Shown here piece by piece: positions 45,112 to 56,361 of a stretch of 64,000 bases of DNA; the stretch's first letter is position 1, and the number at the start of each line of letters is the position of its first letter. The position numbers and the translations under genes are program-made. This DNA is from Hamiltosporidium tvaerminnensis FI-OER-3-3 (taxonomy: Eukaryota; Fungi; Microsporidia). The notes under the pieces were generated by a model. The model searched no databases, was not told the origin of the DNA, and saw nothing but the letters and a program-made list of their open reading frames with translations. The stretch is taken from assembly GCA_022605425.2 (NCBI GenBank), contig CM061252.1, positions 372,001-436,000 on the forward strand, given 5' to 3'.

Positions 45112-45296
45112 TTGTTCTATTATATTCTATAGGTGTAATTTTGGAAATACCTAGAAATATCGGGTTTTACATCGAAATAACTATAAAGATGTACATTAGA
45201 AAGTTCATATAGGTTTTTTGTGTATTTGAATAGCACATGATTTTAATATGCGATCTTAAACTTCCTATAATTTCAAATCCTGGGCTTTCAGAGAAT

Positions 45297-45985
45297 TTTA
45301 TTATAAAATTTACAATCCTATACAAAATGACAGGAATATAACTTTCCATTGGATAAACGCTATTCCTGTTTTTTAGTAGATAAATGCACACAAAATCCAT
45401 CAATATTCCTTATGTACTTATAGTTTAAACCTTTTATCTAAAAAATTTGCGGAACGTATTTTATGAACCAAGCACCTAAATGAAGCTCTTCTATTTATGT
45501 TTCAATAAAATAGGCTGTTCTAAACCTACCTTGAGCTTCTCAAGACTGGCGAATTTCCGCTTACTGATTACGAGCGGAATTTAATAGACATGTATCTAAT
45601 ATATATTAGATGCGTTTCAAGAGTCCGTCTAGGCTTTAAATGTCGTAAGAACTGATATAGCAGACTAATTAGATATACAGCTTTTGAAAAGAATTTTTTT
45701 TTGCCTTTCACATACCCCATGTCTTCTAACCTAAACAAACCGGGCTAGGGTATGTGCTTTTTTATTGCAATTATCTACGAATTCAATTGTAGTTTACGAT
45801 CTAGTATGATAAAAATTTACAAAATAACTTTTTAGAAAAAGTTTCGCCGTGATTTATTTTCTTCTCTCATACGATCTCTAGTGAACCGATCTACATCTTG
45901 AGTAGTTATCTCACCAAAAATATAAACGATTATTTCATAGATATGTTAAACTCATTATTATATGGTTTGATGTTGTGTTCCTTTT
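45297..45985 (-). mobile_element. Old, highly diverged full-length copy of the ~725-bp element (family L), copy 4
   Basis: Colinear anchors to the young copies: AACGC..ATAAATG..CAAAATCCATCA, CTCAAGACT..TTCC.CTTACT, GTCTTCTAACC, CAATTA.CTAC, TAGAAAAAGTTTC.CCG, CACCAAAAAT..AAAC.AT, ACTCATT. Boundaries are approximate. Ends ~70 bp from the stop of paralog B. Confidence 0.7.
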
Positions 45986-46052
45986 TTGGAAAATCTAGTT
46001 TTAAAAAATTAATATTTTAACAAATAAATTACCATTAAAAGCTAAAAATAAA

Positions 46053-47989
46053 TCATTCTTTAATTGTCTCAAGTTCAATACTGGATATGTTTTTGTGTTT
46101 AAAGGCATCAGACGCAGTTTGTATTTTGACTAACTGGCACTTTATAAAGAAGTCTCGACATATTCCTATTTCTTCTTGATCAATTAAAAATATTTTACTT
46201 CTTTTATTCAGTTCTTTCAAGCATGTATCGAAAATTTCTTTAAGAAAATCTATAGAAATTTCAAGAGCTGGAATGATTAATTTACCCTTGAAATGCATTT
46301 TGTAATTGTATATTTTGTATGTGTCAGTTAAAAAGCTAACCCGAAAGACTTCTTTTGATATTTTTTCAATCTATTCCTTGGTATTATCCGAAATAGTTTG
46401 TGTTCCTTTCTAATGATTTCACTCAAATATGCTTGTTTTATTTTCCTCCATACCGGGTGCATAATTGGCTTGGAGTATTCCATGCTTGTCGTAAGAGGTG
46501 ACTAAAAGGAACTGGCCGCCAGGCTTGGGGTTAGAGGGTAGAGCTAACAACCTACCCTTTAAAACGAACATGTTACGAACCCAAACGTAATTAAACCCAA
46601 AAGACCGCCAAAACTTCTGGTAGTAGAAGACAAGTAAAATTATGCGCGAAAGAGATCGATGAGCTACATTACTGAGGGTTGCCAAGGCTCGTGCATGGCT
46701 ATAGCGCCGGGGATAAATAAATAAAATAGCTTGTTTGATGATTTAAACAAGTAATTAAAATATCCCAATAAGAATTCAGGGAAAAATTGCTTAAAATCAA
46801 ATAAACAAACATGAAAGACTTTTACATCAATATAAAATCGGCATCTTTTAGAAGGTTTCTTTTGATTCTATCGGAATAGTCATAATCGGAATAAGATATT
46901 CGCCTTGGAAGCCAATCAGAATTGTGAGTTATTATAAATTCTTCTTTAAGAATTAAGTAAAAAGAATAACTGGTTTGCTTCTTCTTTTCTTGAATTGATA
47001 CAAATTTCAGTGGTGTTTGTGCAACGGATAGAAAATAAAAGATGTAATTGAATCATATTCATTTAAAAGAAGAGTTAAAACATTATTTATATCAGCTTTA
47101 AAATTCATTTTGTCCCTTATCTTTTGTGATCTCTTATAAATGTGTTTTTTTATTTTTCAATGGTAATACATTCTTCCTTCGTTTTTTAAAAAAATCTAAA
47201 ATAATTGCCTTTCTGAGTTTTAAATATAATAACTGAAAAAATTTTAAAACAATTTTTCTACAAAATCAAATAAAAAACTTAGATTTTAGAACTTCATGTA
47301 TGGTTGAAATGATTTTCTCTTTTGTAATATCTCGACAGGCTTCGATCAGCTCGCGTCTGTTGTTACTTTTGAATTCAAAACCTTACTTATTAAACACGTT
47401 ATTCAAAACCATTACAAATGTCGATTCGAACGTATCTGCATCATTTTTATTTCTTTTAATAGCTTCAGAAATTTTCTTCAATAAAAAAGATTTCAATTTT
47501 TTTCTTATTAGCGAAATAAACGTGGGCATTGCTTTATTGAGAGATTCTTCTATTTTTTCTATTACTTATTCGATTAAATACTCGGTAGTGCTTTTATTTA
47601 TGTCTTAAATAAACACATCTATATTGAGAAAGTCAATCGCTTCGATAATAAATGCGTCTAAGTATCTAAATTCAGGTTTTTCATAATAAAATAAATTTCA
47701 AATGAATCTTGCATGGAATTTCTGTAACTAAAGCAGAATTTTTTTACTTTGTTGCGGCTTTAAACTCGGAATTGAAAGATTTTCACTGTGATCTGATATT
47801 TTTGTGCCCCATGTTGATACATTTAGCTCATTGATCTTTTTATTACCATTTATTTGCTGTTTTTCTTTGTTGCGTAAATATCTCTATCAATTAAATACAT
47901 TGAAACCCAGCCTAAATTCATATAAGAAATGCATTTCATGATTTCAATAAGCAAAGATGTTAAAGTAATAAATATAATGACGCCCTCAT
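46053..47989 (-). pseudogene. Paralog B of the secreted protein family; heavily decayed and interrupted by a SINE-like insertion
   Basis: Starts AAATTTAT-ATG AGG like the other paralogs. C-terminal fragment KIFLIDQEEIGICRDFFIKC...ETIKE* matches. Many stops and frameshifts, plus an insertion at 46439-46723. Confidence 0.85.
46439..46723 (+). mobile_element. RTE-derived bipartite SINE-like element (family S), copy 4, inserted antisense into paralog B
   Basis: CATGCTTGTCGTAAGAGGTGACTAAAAGG and GCCAAGGCTCGTGCATGGCTATAGCGCC plus (ATAA)n tail. TSD AAATA(T)GCTTGTTT at 46425-46438 and 46724-46736. Gene homology resumes on both sides. Confidence 0.9.
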
Positions 47990-48505
47990 ATAAATTTTTC
48001 TTTCGAAACATATTCATATATTTTTTTAAAAAATAATTTTTTATTTAGGCAATCCAACCGTTTTTGAATTTTAATTTAAACAAACACTTTTAAATTTACG
48101 ATTAATTATATCATCGCACAGTTTTTTTATTATATTTAAATGTAGACCTAAAAATGAAATGTCGTTTATATCTATATGAGAACCCAAAAGTGGAAATTTT
48201 GATAGCTACATTTGTTAAATCATGTGTTTATACTGTCGATACCTTTTATATGTGATTAAGAACTGGGTTTCGGCAGATCTGTTGTCTTATATGTTTTAAT
48301 TTGCAAAATTTTTCATAATTAATTTGCCAGTAGAGTATTTGTTCTGAAAAAATTATTCATTATCTTAATATTCTTACCGAAGTTTGTACGTGTTAAATTA
48401 TTTTAATGAACAAAAAATAGTCCGTTATTCTGATGTTTCTCGTCTGTATTGTACTTGAAACCTTAAAATTCAAGGCAAATTTTTCATACCGAGATAAAGA
48501 TTGGC

Positions 48506-49233
48506 TTTATTAAAAGAATCACATCTTTTTAAAGGCAATGGCAAGTGCTATATTTGTTTTTATGACATTAACGCAGTTCTAGGTTTAACATAAATGACTG
48601 CTACCCCAAAACTCCATCAGTAACCCCTGCGATACATACGTCCCAAAGCCTTTCATGTAAAAGGTGTGAAGAACCTAATTAATAGGCGAGGCAGTTGCCC
48701 AGAGTTCGTTAATGTCCGTTGCATGGAGTGTGATCGAAGGCCGAAGCCCTCCCTGGGCTTCCCCGAGACTATGCAGCATTCCCACTTACTCTACACTTTC
48801 TGAACCCAATAAACTTCTAGCTAAGAAATATTCAAGAGACTTACATGGGGTACATCTAGACAGTGCAATGTCCTACCAACAGGTATAACCTGCATCTTAG
48901 TTCTCCCGGCTTTTAATATGTTTTATTTTTATATCTCCCAGGCGCTAAGTCTTCTAACCCGAGTGAGCAAGGCTGGGTTTCCATGCTTTTACATGGCGAT
49001 TGCCTACCTTTTTAGATGTGTTCTGCAATCTAGTTACGTAAAAAACTATAAATAAATTTGTGGATAAACTTTCGTTATTTCTTATGCCTTTCCTTCTTAT
49101 AACAACTCCCATGGAACAACCGAAGATGTAGTGTGGTTGTAATCCCACCAAAAATCCAAACAATGACCTCACACCAGTTTCAGACACTCATTGCCAAGCA
49201 GAAGGTTTTTATTGTGGTAATCCTTCCTCCGCA
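48506..49233 (-). mobile_element. ~725-bp non-coding element (family L), copy 5
   Basis: Full-length copy ~183 bp downstream of the intact paralog C. The spacer is nearly identical to the one between copy 3 and paralog A. Confidence 0.92.
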
Positions 49234-49416
49234 TCAAATTTAGAAAAGGGATTAATTTTTTATATTTGTTCTGTCTATTTTGATTCAAATTATATTTGAC
49301 TAACTTATAAGAGAATGGTCATAAAGACCAAATCATCTAAAAGTATAATTTTTATACTGTGAAAATAGTAAATAAAATTGTTTATAACTAATATTTTAAT
49401 GAAATTTAGAAACCAA

Positions 49417-51066
49417 CTACTCTTTAATAGTTGTAACCTCAATGCTTAATAGGTTTTCATGGTTAAAAATATCGGTTATGCTTTTTATTTTAAATAAAAT
49501 GCATTTCAAAAAGAAGTCACGACATTTCTCCATTTCTTCTTCATCAATCAAGAATATTTTAGTTTTTCCTTTCAGATCTTTCAAAAATTTGGAATATATT
49601 TCTTGGAAAGAATCTAACGAAATATCAAAGGCGTAAATGTTCAATTTACATTCGAAAAACTTTGATTTCAGATAAACCTTGTATATCTCGTGCAAAAAAC
49701 CCACCCGAATATTTCCGTAAGAAGATGTTTTTTTGATTATTTCCTTTGTATTATCCGAAATAGATTCATATTCTTTTCTAATGATTTCACATAAATTATA
49801 TTTATTCTCAGAAATTATTAACTGTTCAGAATAATTCAATAAAAACTCGGGCAAAAAAGGCTTCAAATCGATAAAAGAAATATGAACTACTTGACTTTCA
49901 TTAAATATACCCGCATAATCTATAAAATTACTTTTAATTTTTTCGGAAAACCCTATGCCGAAATATAATATGCTTTCTGAAAACAAAAATACCGGTTGAA
50001 ACATTTTTAATTCATCCGAAAGAATCGTAGAGAAAAGCAAAGTGTGGGTTGACTTTCCTTTTTCTAAACATGTACGAATTTCTGCTGTTCTTGAGCAAAA
50101 TGAGGAAAATATTTGGATATACTGTGAAGATGCATCTTCGTTAGAAAATGGTACAAAAATATTATCAAGATTATCATTATATTCCAATTCTTGTTTCATA
50201 GATTGTAATCTTTTATAAACATTGTTTTTTTCTTTCTCTTCTGCTATGCATTCATTCTTTGTTTTTCCAAAAAATTTAAAGTAAAAGTCTTTCTTGGATT
50301 TTATATATAAAAGCCGATAGAATTTAGGAATAAAAATTTCCCCACAATCTAATAAAAAAAACTTAGATTTTATAACTTGAAGTATATTTATAACAATTAC
50401 CTCTTTTGTATTTTTTTCAACTGCTTTAGCTAATTCCTCCTTATTATCAGCTTTAAATTTAACACATAACTCGTTCATTTCTTGAGCCAGAACCTTGTAA
50501 CCATCATTCAAAATCATAGAATTGTTGTCGTCACATTGTTTAGCTTTAAAAAATTTATTTTCTAATAAACATTTCAACTTTTCAATTACTAGCGAGCTAA
50601 ACTTAGAAATTACTTTATCGACAAATTCGCCTTTTTTTATCTCTTCCTTTAATAAATACTCTTTGGTTTGTTTATTGACATCTTCAATAAACTCATCTGC
50701 ATTGAGAAAATCAATTGTATCAAATATGGATTCTTTAACAAGTCTAAATCCGGGTTCGAAAATAAAATAAAAATCAAAAAAATCTTGCATAGAATTCGTA
50801 GTAATAAAACGAAAATTTTTAGTTTTCGGTTGCCTGGATGGGTTTACGGGAATACTACCAATAAACATTCTATTCAAAGCTTTACTCACAGAATTTTTAT
50901 AATCTTCTTCCCATTCCTTCGTTAGTTCACTTCCTTTCTTCATCGCTCCGTAAACAATTCGACCCATCAGATGCATCGTAATCCAACTGACATTAATATT
51001 CGAAATACAATTTGTATACGATATCATCAAAGATAGTAAACCTATTATGAACAATGTTCCCCTCAT
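49417..51066 (-). CDS. Paralog C: intact 549-aa hypothetical protein with predicted signal peptide (putative secreted/host-exposed family)
   Basis: Longest ORF in the window. N-terminus MRGTLFIIGLLSLMISYTNC looks like a signal peptide. Family motifs ITTNSMQDFFDFY..EPGFR..KESIFDTIDFL, FFGKTK.ECI and FLIDxEEMExCRDFFLKC are conserved in paralogs. Confidence 0.9.
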   Translation of the reverse strand: MRGTLFIIGLLSLMISYTNCISNINVSWITMHLMGRIVYGAMKKGSELTKEWEEDYKNSVSKALNRMFIGSIPVNPSRQPKTKNFRFITTNSMQDFFDFYFIFEPGFRLVKESIFDTIDFLNADEFIEDVNKQTKEYLLKEEIKKGEFVDKVISKFSSLVIEKLKCLLENKFFKAKQCDDNNSMILNDGYKVLAQEMNELCVKFKADNKEELAKAVEKNTKEVIVINILQVIKSKFFLLDCGEIFIPKFYRLLYIKSKKDFYFKFFGKTKNECIAEEKEKNNVYKRLQSMKQELEYNDNLDNIFVPFSNEDASSQYIQIFSSFCSRTAEIRTCLEKGKSTHTLLFSTILSDELKMFQPVFLFSESILYFGIGFSEKIKSNFIDYAGIFNESQVVHISFIDLKPFLPEFLLNYSEQLIISENKYNLCEIIRKEYESISDNTKEIIKKTSSYGNIRVGFLHEIYKVYLKSKFFECKLNIYAFDISLDSFQEIYSKFLKDLKGKTKIFLIDEEEMEKCRDFFLKCILFKIKSITDIFNHENLLSIEVTTIKE

Positions 51067-51330
51067 ATAAATTTTCTATTGAAAAAATATTTATATAGTT
51101 TTATTTTTAAAATAATTTTCCATTTTAGTAAATAAAATGTCACTAAATTTTAATTTAGATGAAATATTTTCAACTTTTTTTCGATCATTGATAGATTAAA
51201 TTTTTTTATTATATTTAGATGTAAACCAAAACGAAATGTCATTTATATCAATTTACAACATCAAGAGTGAGATATATATGATCGGATATGGTAAATTATA
51301 TGTTGATACTTTTGACATATTTTAGATTAG
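51067..51330 (-). promoter_or_regulatory. Conserved upstream region of paralog C
   Basis: TATAAATATT..GAAAATTTAT-ATG core. About 260 bp of upstream homology with the regions upstream of paralogs B (47990-48260) and D (58626-58890). Confidence 0.6.
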
Positions 51331-51719
51331 CTTTTACCTTCCGAGTGTTGCTGTGATAATAAAAGAAAGTAGATTCATTTATATAGCAGAAATAAAATAA
51401 ATAAACATACATTAGTTCATTAATTCAATTAGTATGTATTTATTTTTTCGAATGCGTTTGAAAATTAATATTTTTTTGATTTTGTTTCTGTTATAAAAGA
51501 AAAAATCCGAAGAGATTTCCACGAATGAACTGGCTATATATGGTTGTGATTTGAAAACACGTTTTAACCAATCTATTCTACACAAGCAGCGTTTACTCTT
51601 GTACGTTTTATTGTCTTTCCAAAAGTTAGTCGTAAAGAAGCTTACACTTTTAAATGGATTATCTTTTGGCATCGGTGTAATACGAGAGAACAGAAAATCT
51701 CCTCTTTAATAATACATGT

Positions 51720-51950
51720 ATATTATTAACCCTCTTTAGTACCTTACACTCTCAACTAACAACGTATTACATATTTCTTCTTATCACTAACATCCTTTAA
51801 TATAAAACAATCTATATTAACAACCCGTTAACCTATTACAATAGGTTAACACCCTGTAACTTACTACGTTATATATTAACACCATTTGAATACACCCTGT
51901 GCTATTAACACCTTTTAATAAAAATCTCATTATTACCCCTTAAAGTTAAT
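51720..51950. repeat. Degenerate TTAACACC/TTAACCC-type repeats with a perfect inverted repeat
   Basis: Recurrent (TA)TTAAC(A/C)CC units. GTTAACCTATT-AC-AATAGGTTAAC at 51827-51850. Confidence 0.55.
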
Positions 51951-52620
51951 CTACTTTCATGATTAAAACGATACCACTTCTTAGAAAAATAACACACTTT
52001 ATTCACAGGCATAAAACAAGGACCTACACACATAGTTCATTTTTATATATATAGATATAGAATTAAGAACAAATATAAGCAAAGATGCTGAAAGAAAATT
52101 TTATTTTGTTTTTTTTTCTGATATGCATTGATTCTAAAGATAATCTGTATCAAAAAATGTAATAAAGAACTCTATCTAATATCTTTCAATTTTCTATTAA
52201 AACTTCGAAAATTCAACTATATTAATAAAAAATTTTACATTGCCATTACTCCGACTTTGGTAGATTTTTTATTTCGAATGATATACTTTCCGCCAAATTT
52301 CCTGAATAACGCAGTGCGATTACATTTTTTTGATATCGAATAATGTTTAGATTTAATACAGTGGTTATAAATATATGAATATAAATTTATCTTTGAATTT
52401 ATTTCAATAACTATAACACAAGATAGATACGTTTTTTAAGGATATTATTGATAAAAATGGAAAATAGGATTACTCAACCAATGCTCATTGAAGCAATTTG
52501 TATAATTCTGGCTCTTCTTCGATATTCCTTATTTTTTAACTAATCGTAAAATTGATACAATTCCAAGATTATGATACCTATTTTATGTAATTAACTCTAA
52601 TATTTGTATTATAATACCTT

Positions 52621-55600
52621 GGAAGAACAACGCAGGGGAGATTTTGATGTGTTATGTAGATTTAGCAATGTTATCCGAGAGACAATTACCTCTACAGACC
52701 TTGCATAACACCAACCACCAACCACCAAGCTGTAGTTGCCAGACTAGTCTAGTCTGCTTGGTTGACACCATACCTTCGTCTTCTGGTACCGATGCGACTG
52801 CGTTCTGACCAGCCAACGGCATGACAAACCTCAATACAGATGCCATTTTAAAGGGAAATCGACGGATGGTATTGCCCTCAATACTTGACTCTGTCACAGT
52901 CGTAGAGCAGGAATGGCCTAGATCTGCTATTCTAGCAGTGCAAAAGAGGTTTAGGAGAATGCCCAGAAATGGCTGGCCCGCTACGCTGAGGTACTATAAT
53001 GAGAAATTTAGCTGCACACTAGATATCTATGCGTTTAAAAAACTCGCACAAAATGAGGCAGAAAGTGAAATAAGGCAAGAAGAGAATGGAGAGCGACGTA
53101 GAATCGCCACTTGTCTCACTGAGCTATGCACCCTGATTGACACCACGCTGTACATAAACTTAAGAGATAAATTTTTGAATAAAATCAAAGAAATCTCGAA
53201 GAAGGAAATTGGAAAAGGGGTTTTCCAAACTCGAAAGCTTCCAAGTGAATTGGATGACAGTAAAGTTTTAGACCTTATTATCGAATTATCGGTGAATATG
53301 CTGATTCTTGTGTGCAGATGACGATAACTGCAGTGGCACAGATAATCCAGGCAACCCAGTTATGCTATGACGAGGCAACACGTAAAGAAAAGCCTAGATC
53401 CGTTTGGAAGGAAAATATAGAAAGTAAAATTTCTAATTTAGTACTTTGCAAAGATCTTCTCGCGAAGGCTCGTAAGCAGGAAAAGCTCTCCACTTCGGAA
53501 ATAGGGTGCCTTAAGAAAATCATGCGAGAATTTAATTAAAACATGAGTAATATAACTGATATTTCTGAGGCTTTAGTTAAGAAGAATGAGTCTTTGAATG
53601 TTTTCGAGAAAAAAATCACGATGCATGAAAGGGGGAAGCCATTCCGTAAGTGAATCGTATGTTTGAGCTTTTTCGAGGGATTTTATCGTGGGTTATCTGA
53701 GCGTGTGGAATCCGAGCATTTAGGGAGTCGTGATGAAATTGTGAGTTTTTGGTCTACAATTGTGGAACAAAAATGATGACACAGTCACATATGATGATTA
53801 TTTGATTCCATTTGTATCAGATAATCATCCGACCACGTTTCCTTCACTTGATGAATTTGTAAATATCATTAACTGGCTTCCTAATTGGAAAGATGCTGGA
53901 ATTGATGGTATTTACAATTTTTTCATTGAGAAACTTACAACTCTACACAAATATCTTTATGATATTGTGAAAGTTATATGTTTAGAAAGAATACATCAAG
54001 CTGATTGGTTTTACTGCGGGCTTACCCCTTTGATACCCAAAGGAATTCCACAAAGAGGCTTTGCCTACAGGCCAATCACTTGTATGTCCAACCTCTACAA
54101 GTTAACGACTAAGTGTGTTACGAAAGTCGTTCAAATTAAAGTTGAAAAGCAAGGGTTGCCTGCAGAGAACCAGTTGGGAGCTGTTAGAGGTGTGCAAGGA
54201 GCGAAAGAGCAGGCTCTACTGAATATTGCCCTAAATAAAGAGTACGGAAACAATCTTAAGGCAACATGGATTGATTTTAAAAAAGCTTATGTTCAATAGA
54301 CCATGCTTTTTTGACACAATGCATTGAAAACCTTTATTTACCTAATTGGATCCTGAAATTTATCAAGGTAATTATATTAAAATGGAAAATTGATATATCA
54401 GTAGGGCCTGAAAAAATCATGAGCAAAAAGATTGAGAGAGGGATTCTGCAAGGAGATAGTTTGTCACCATTGTTATTTGTGTTGTCTATGGATCAATTAA
54501 GCCGAAAGCTTAATGAAAAATACACAAAAGTGACAGTACAAACAGATGCAGAATCCCATTCTACTAATCATCTCTTGTTTATTGACGATCTTAAGCTCCT
54601 TGCTAAATACAGCTCCACATTGAGTGCTATGACAGGCGAGGCAAAGGAATTTTTAGAGGTGATTGGCTTAGAGATTAACAAAGAGAAGTCAGCCACAAAT
54701 GATAAGTGTTGTGAAGATACTGCTACTCTTCTAGAAGGTGTTAGTGTTTACAAATATTTAGGAATAATAGAAGATAGCAGAAGAATCCCAACACGTAGCT
54801 CATTTGAAAAAGTACAAAGCAAACTTATATCAACAGTTGAAATACTTTGTCACACTAGATTAAATGCAAAAAATTTATTTTCTGCAATCAATTAACATGC
54901 GATATCGTTAATCAACTATCACATAGGAGTAATTCGACTTGAACCGGCTGACTTCTTTAAGTTAGATGATGCAAAGCGTGCGGTGTTGGTGAACAATAAG
55001 ATACATCTTAACCCAGGATGTAAGGAGCGTTTGTACCTTCTTAGAACAGTACTTGGAAGAGGCCTACATATCGTTGAGTTAGGAAACAAACATATGCTTC
55101 TGCAACTCTTGGATTGTCTGGAAAAAAGTAAAGAAATATCAACTAGACGAGCAGCAATCCTCAAGGTTGAGAATAATAATAAAACCCATCTTGCACTAAT
55201 AAAAGGCTTCTTAAAAGTAAAGTACAGGTTGGTAGAAGAAGTCACTAAGAAAAGTTTAGAAGAAGCTCAACTTGCAAAGCTATACAACGAAATAGAAAAA
55301 CGAAAACACCATTAAAAGTTATATAATGCAAGGAAAAATCAGCTTGTAAGTGTTAGTTACTCTTCAAGATGGTTAAAGAGAGGGAATATTGGGCCGCGTG
55401 ATTAAGCAGTGTTCTGCTATATCCAGGATAGAAATGTATTCTGGGGAGCAGATGGTGTGTGTCAACGCTGCAATAAATCTGGTAAGACTGTAGATCATCA
55501 AGCAACTCAATGTGAAAAAATGCTAGGCTATAACTACACCAGACAGCAGAATGAAGTGGTTAGATACCTACACTTACTTTTACTAAATAGATATAAGTTT

Positions 55601-56361
55601 AAATCTTCAAAACGAATTAGGAGTCACTCAGTTCAAGAAATTCTTGATAATGGGTATGCAGAGATAAGAGTGGACACCAGAATAAAAACTGATGTTAAAA
55701 TTCGGAATTACAGACCCGACATATTTATTTTAGATAAGAAAAAGAATAAGATAACACTCATTGAAGTAGGAATCACTTCCCAAGATTCACTTCAAATAGT
55801 TGAAACTGAAAAACTTAGGAAGTATGACCTGCTAGCCAATGAGTTGGGTCTTATTTATAGGTGTAGTGTTGAGATAATCCCTTATGTGATGACCTGGGAC
55901 GGTATTGTGACAAAATACCATAAATCTCATCTTAAAAGACTAGAAATACCCATGAATTTAGAGGCATACATTTAGTCTATAGTACTTAAGAAAACAGTCG
56001 AAACAATTTCCTTTGATCGACGAAGAGTACTTGAGTCGGGACTAAATGCCGAAGAGAGCTGGGAGAGAGCGTCAATGGGTGTTATTATGAGAGCAGAGAT
56101 GCACGAGGAACCAATACCCCCTTTAAAACAAGCGAGTATAGAAGAAAATTGTGTTAAAACAAAAAATAAAGAAAAATATTATACCCCTTATTTCACAAAG
56201 AGGAACCACTTTAGAGGAACCGACCAATAACATAAATAAAGAGTCGGATTTGGAAGAAGAGACAAAGGTGGTTAAAGAGGTAGAAGAAAACATATAAAAA
56301 TGTTAAAAATATTTTAACCCATAATTTTATTAAATAAATTGTGATATAAATAATATCACAC
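52621..56361 (+). mobile_element. Non-LTR retrotransposon with RT and C-terminal restriction-like endonuclease (R4/Dong-like), near full length, inactivated
   Basis: RT motifs YRPITCMSNLYK, GILQGDSLSPLLF, HLLFIDDLKL, YKYLG. CCHC knuckle CQRC..DHQATQC. RLE motifs RPDIFILD..ITLIEVGIT and EKLRKYDLL. AATAAA near the 3' end. Candidate 7-bp TSD ATACCTT (52614-52620 / 56362-56368). Confidence 0.92.
52668..56297 (+). pseudogene. Single RT-RLE polyprotein ORF of the retrotransposon, broken by stops and frameshifts
   Basis: ATG 52668 is in frame with the 52821 ORF through a TGA at 52806. Fragments 52821-53321, 53312-53539, 53760-54299, 54311-54895, 54983-55315 and 55409-55975 are consecutive parts. 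The acidic tail ends at TAA 56295-56297. Confidence 0.85.

Noticed and set aside
48954-49187. 77-aa ORF (and 69-aa ORF 34351-34560) inside the 725-bp element as a conserved small protein
   Set aside because: Non-ATG and different starts, and the frame is broken by indels in the other copies. The similarity just reflects the repeat.
52621-52820. HDV-like ribozyme at the 5' end of the RLE retrotransposon
   Set aside because: Only a 4-bp P1 and an over-long L3 can be drawn, and the region reads as the N-terminal coding frame from ATG 52668.
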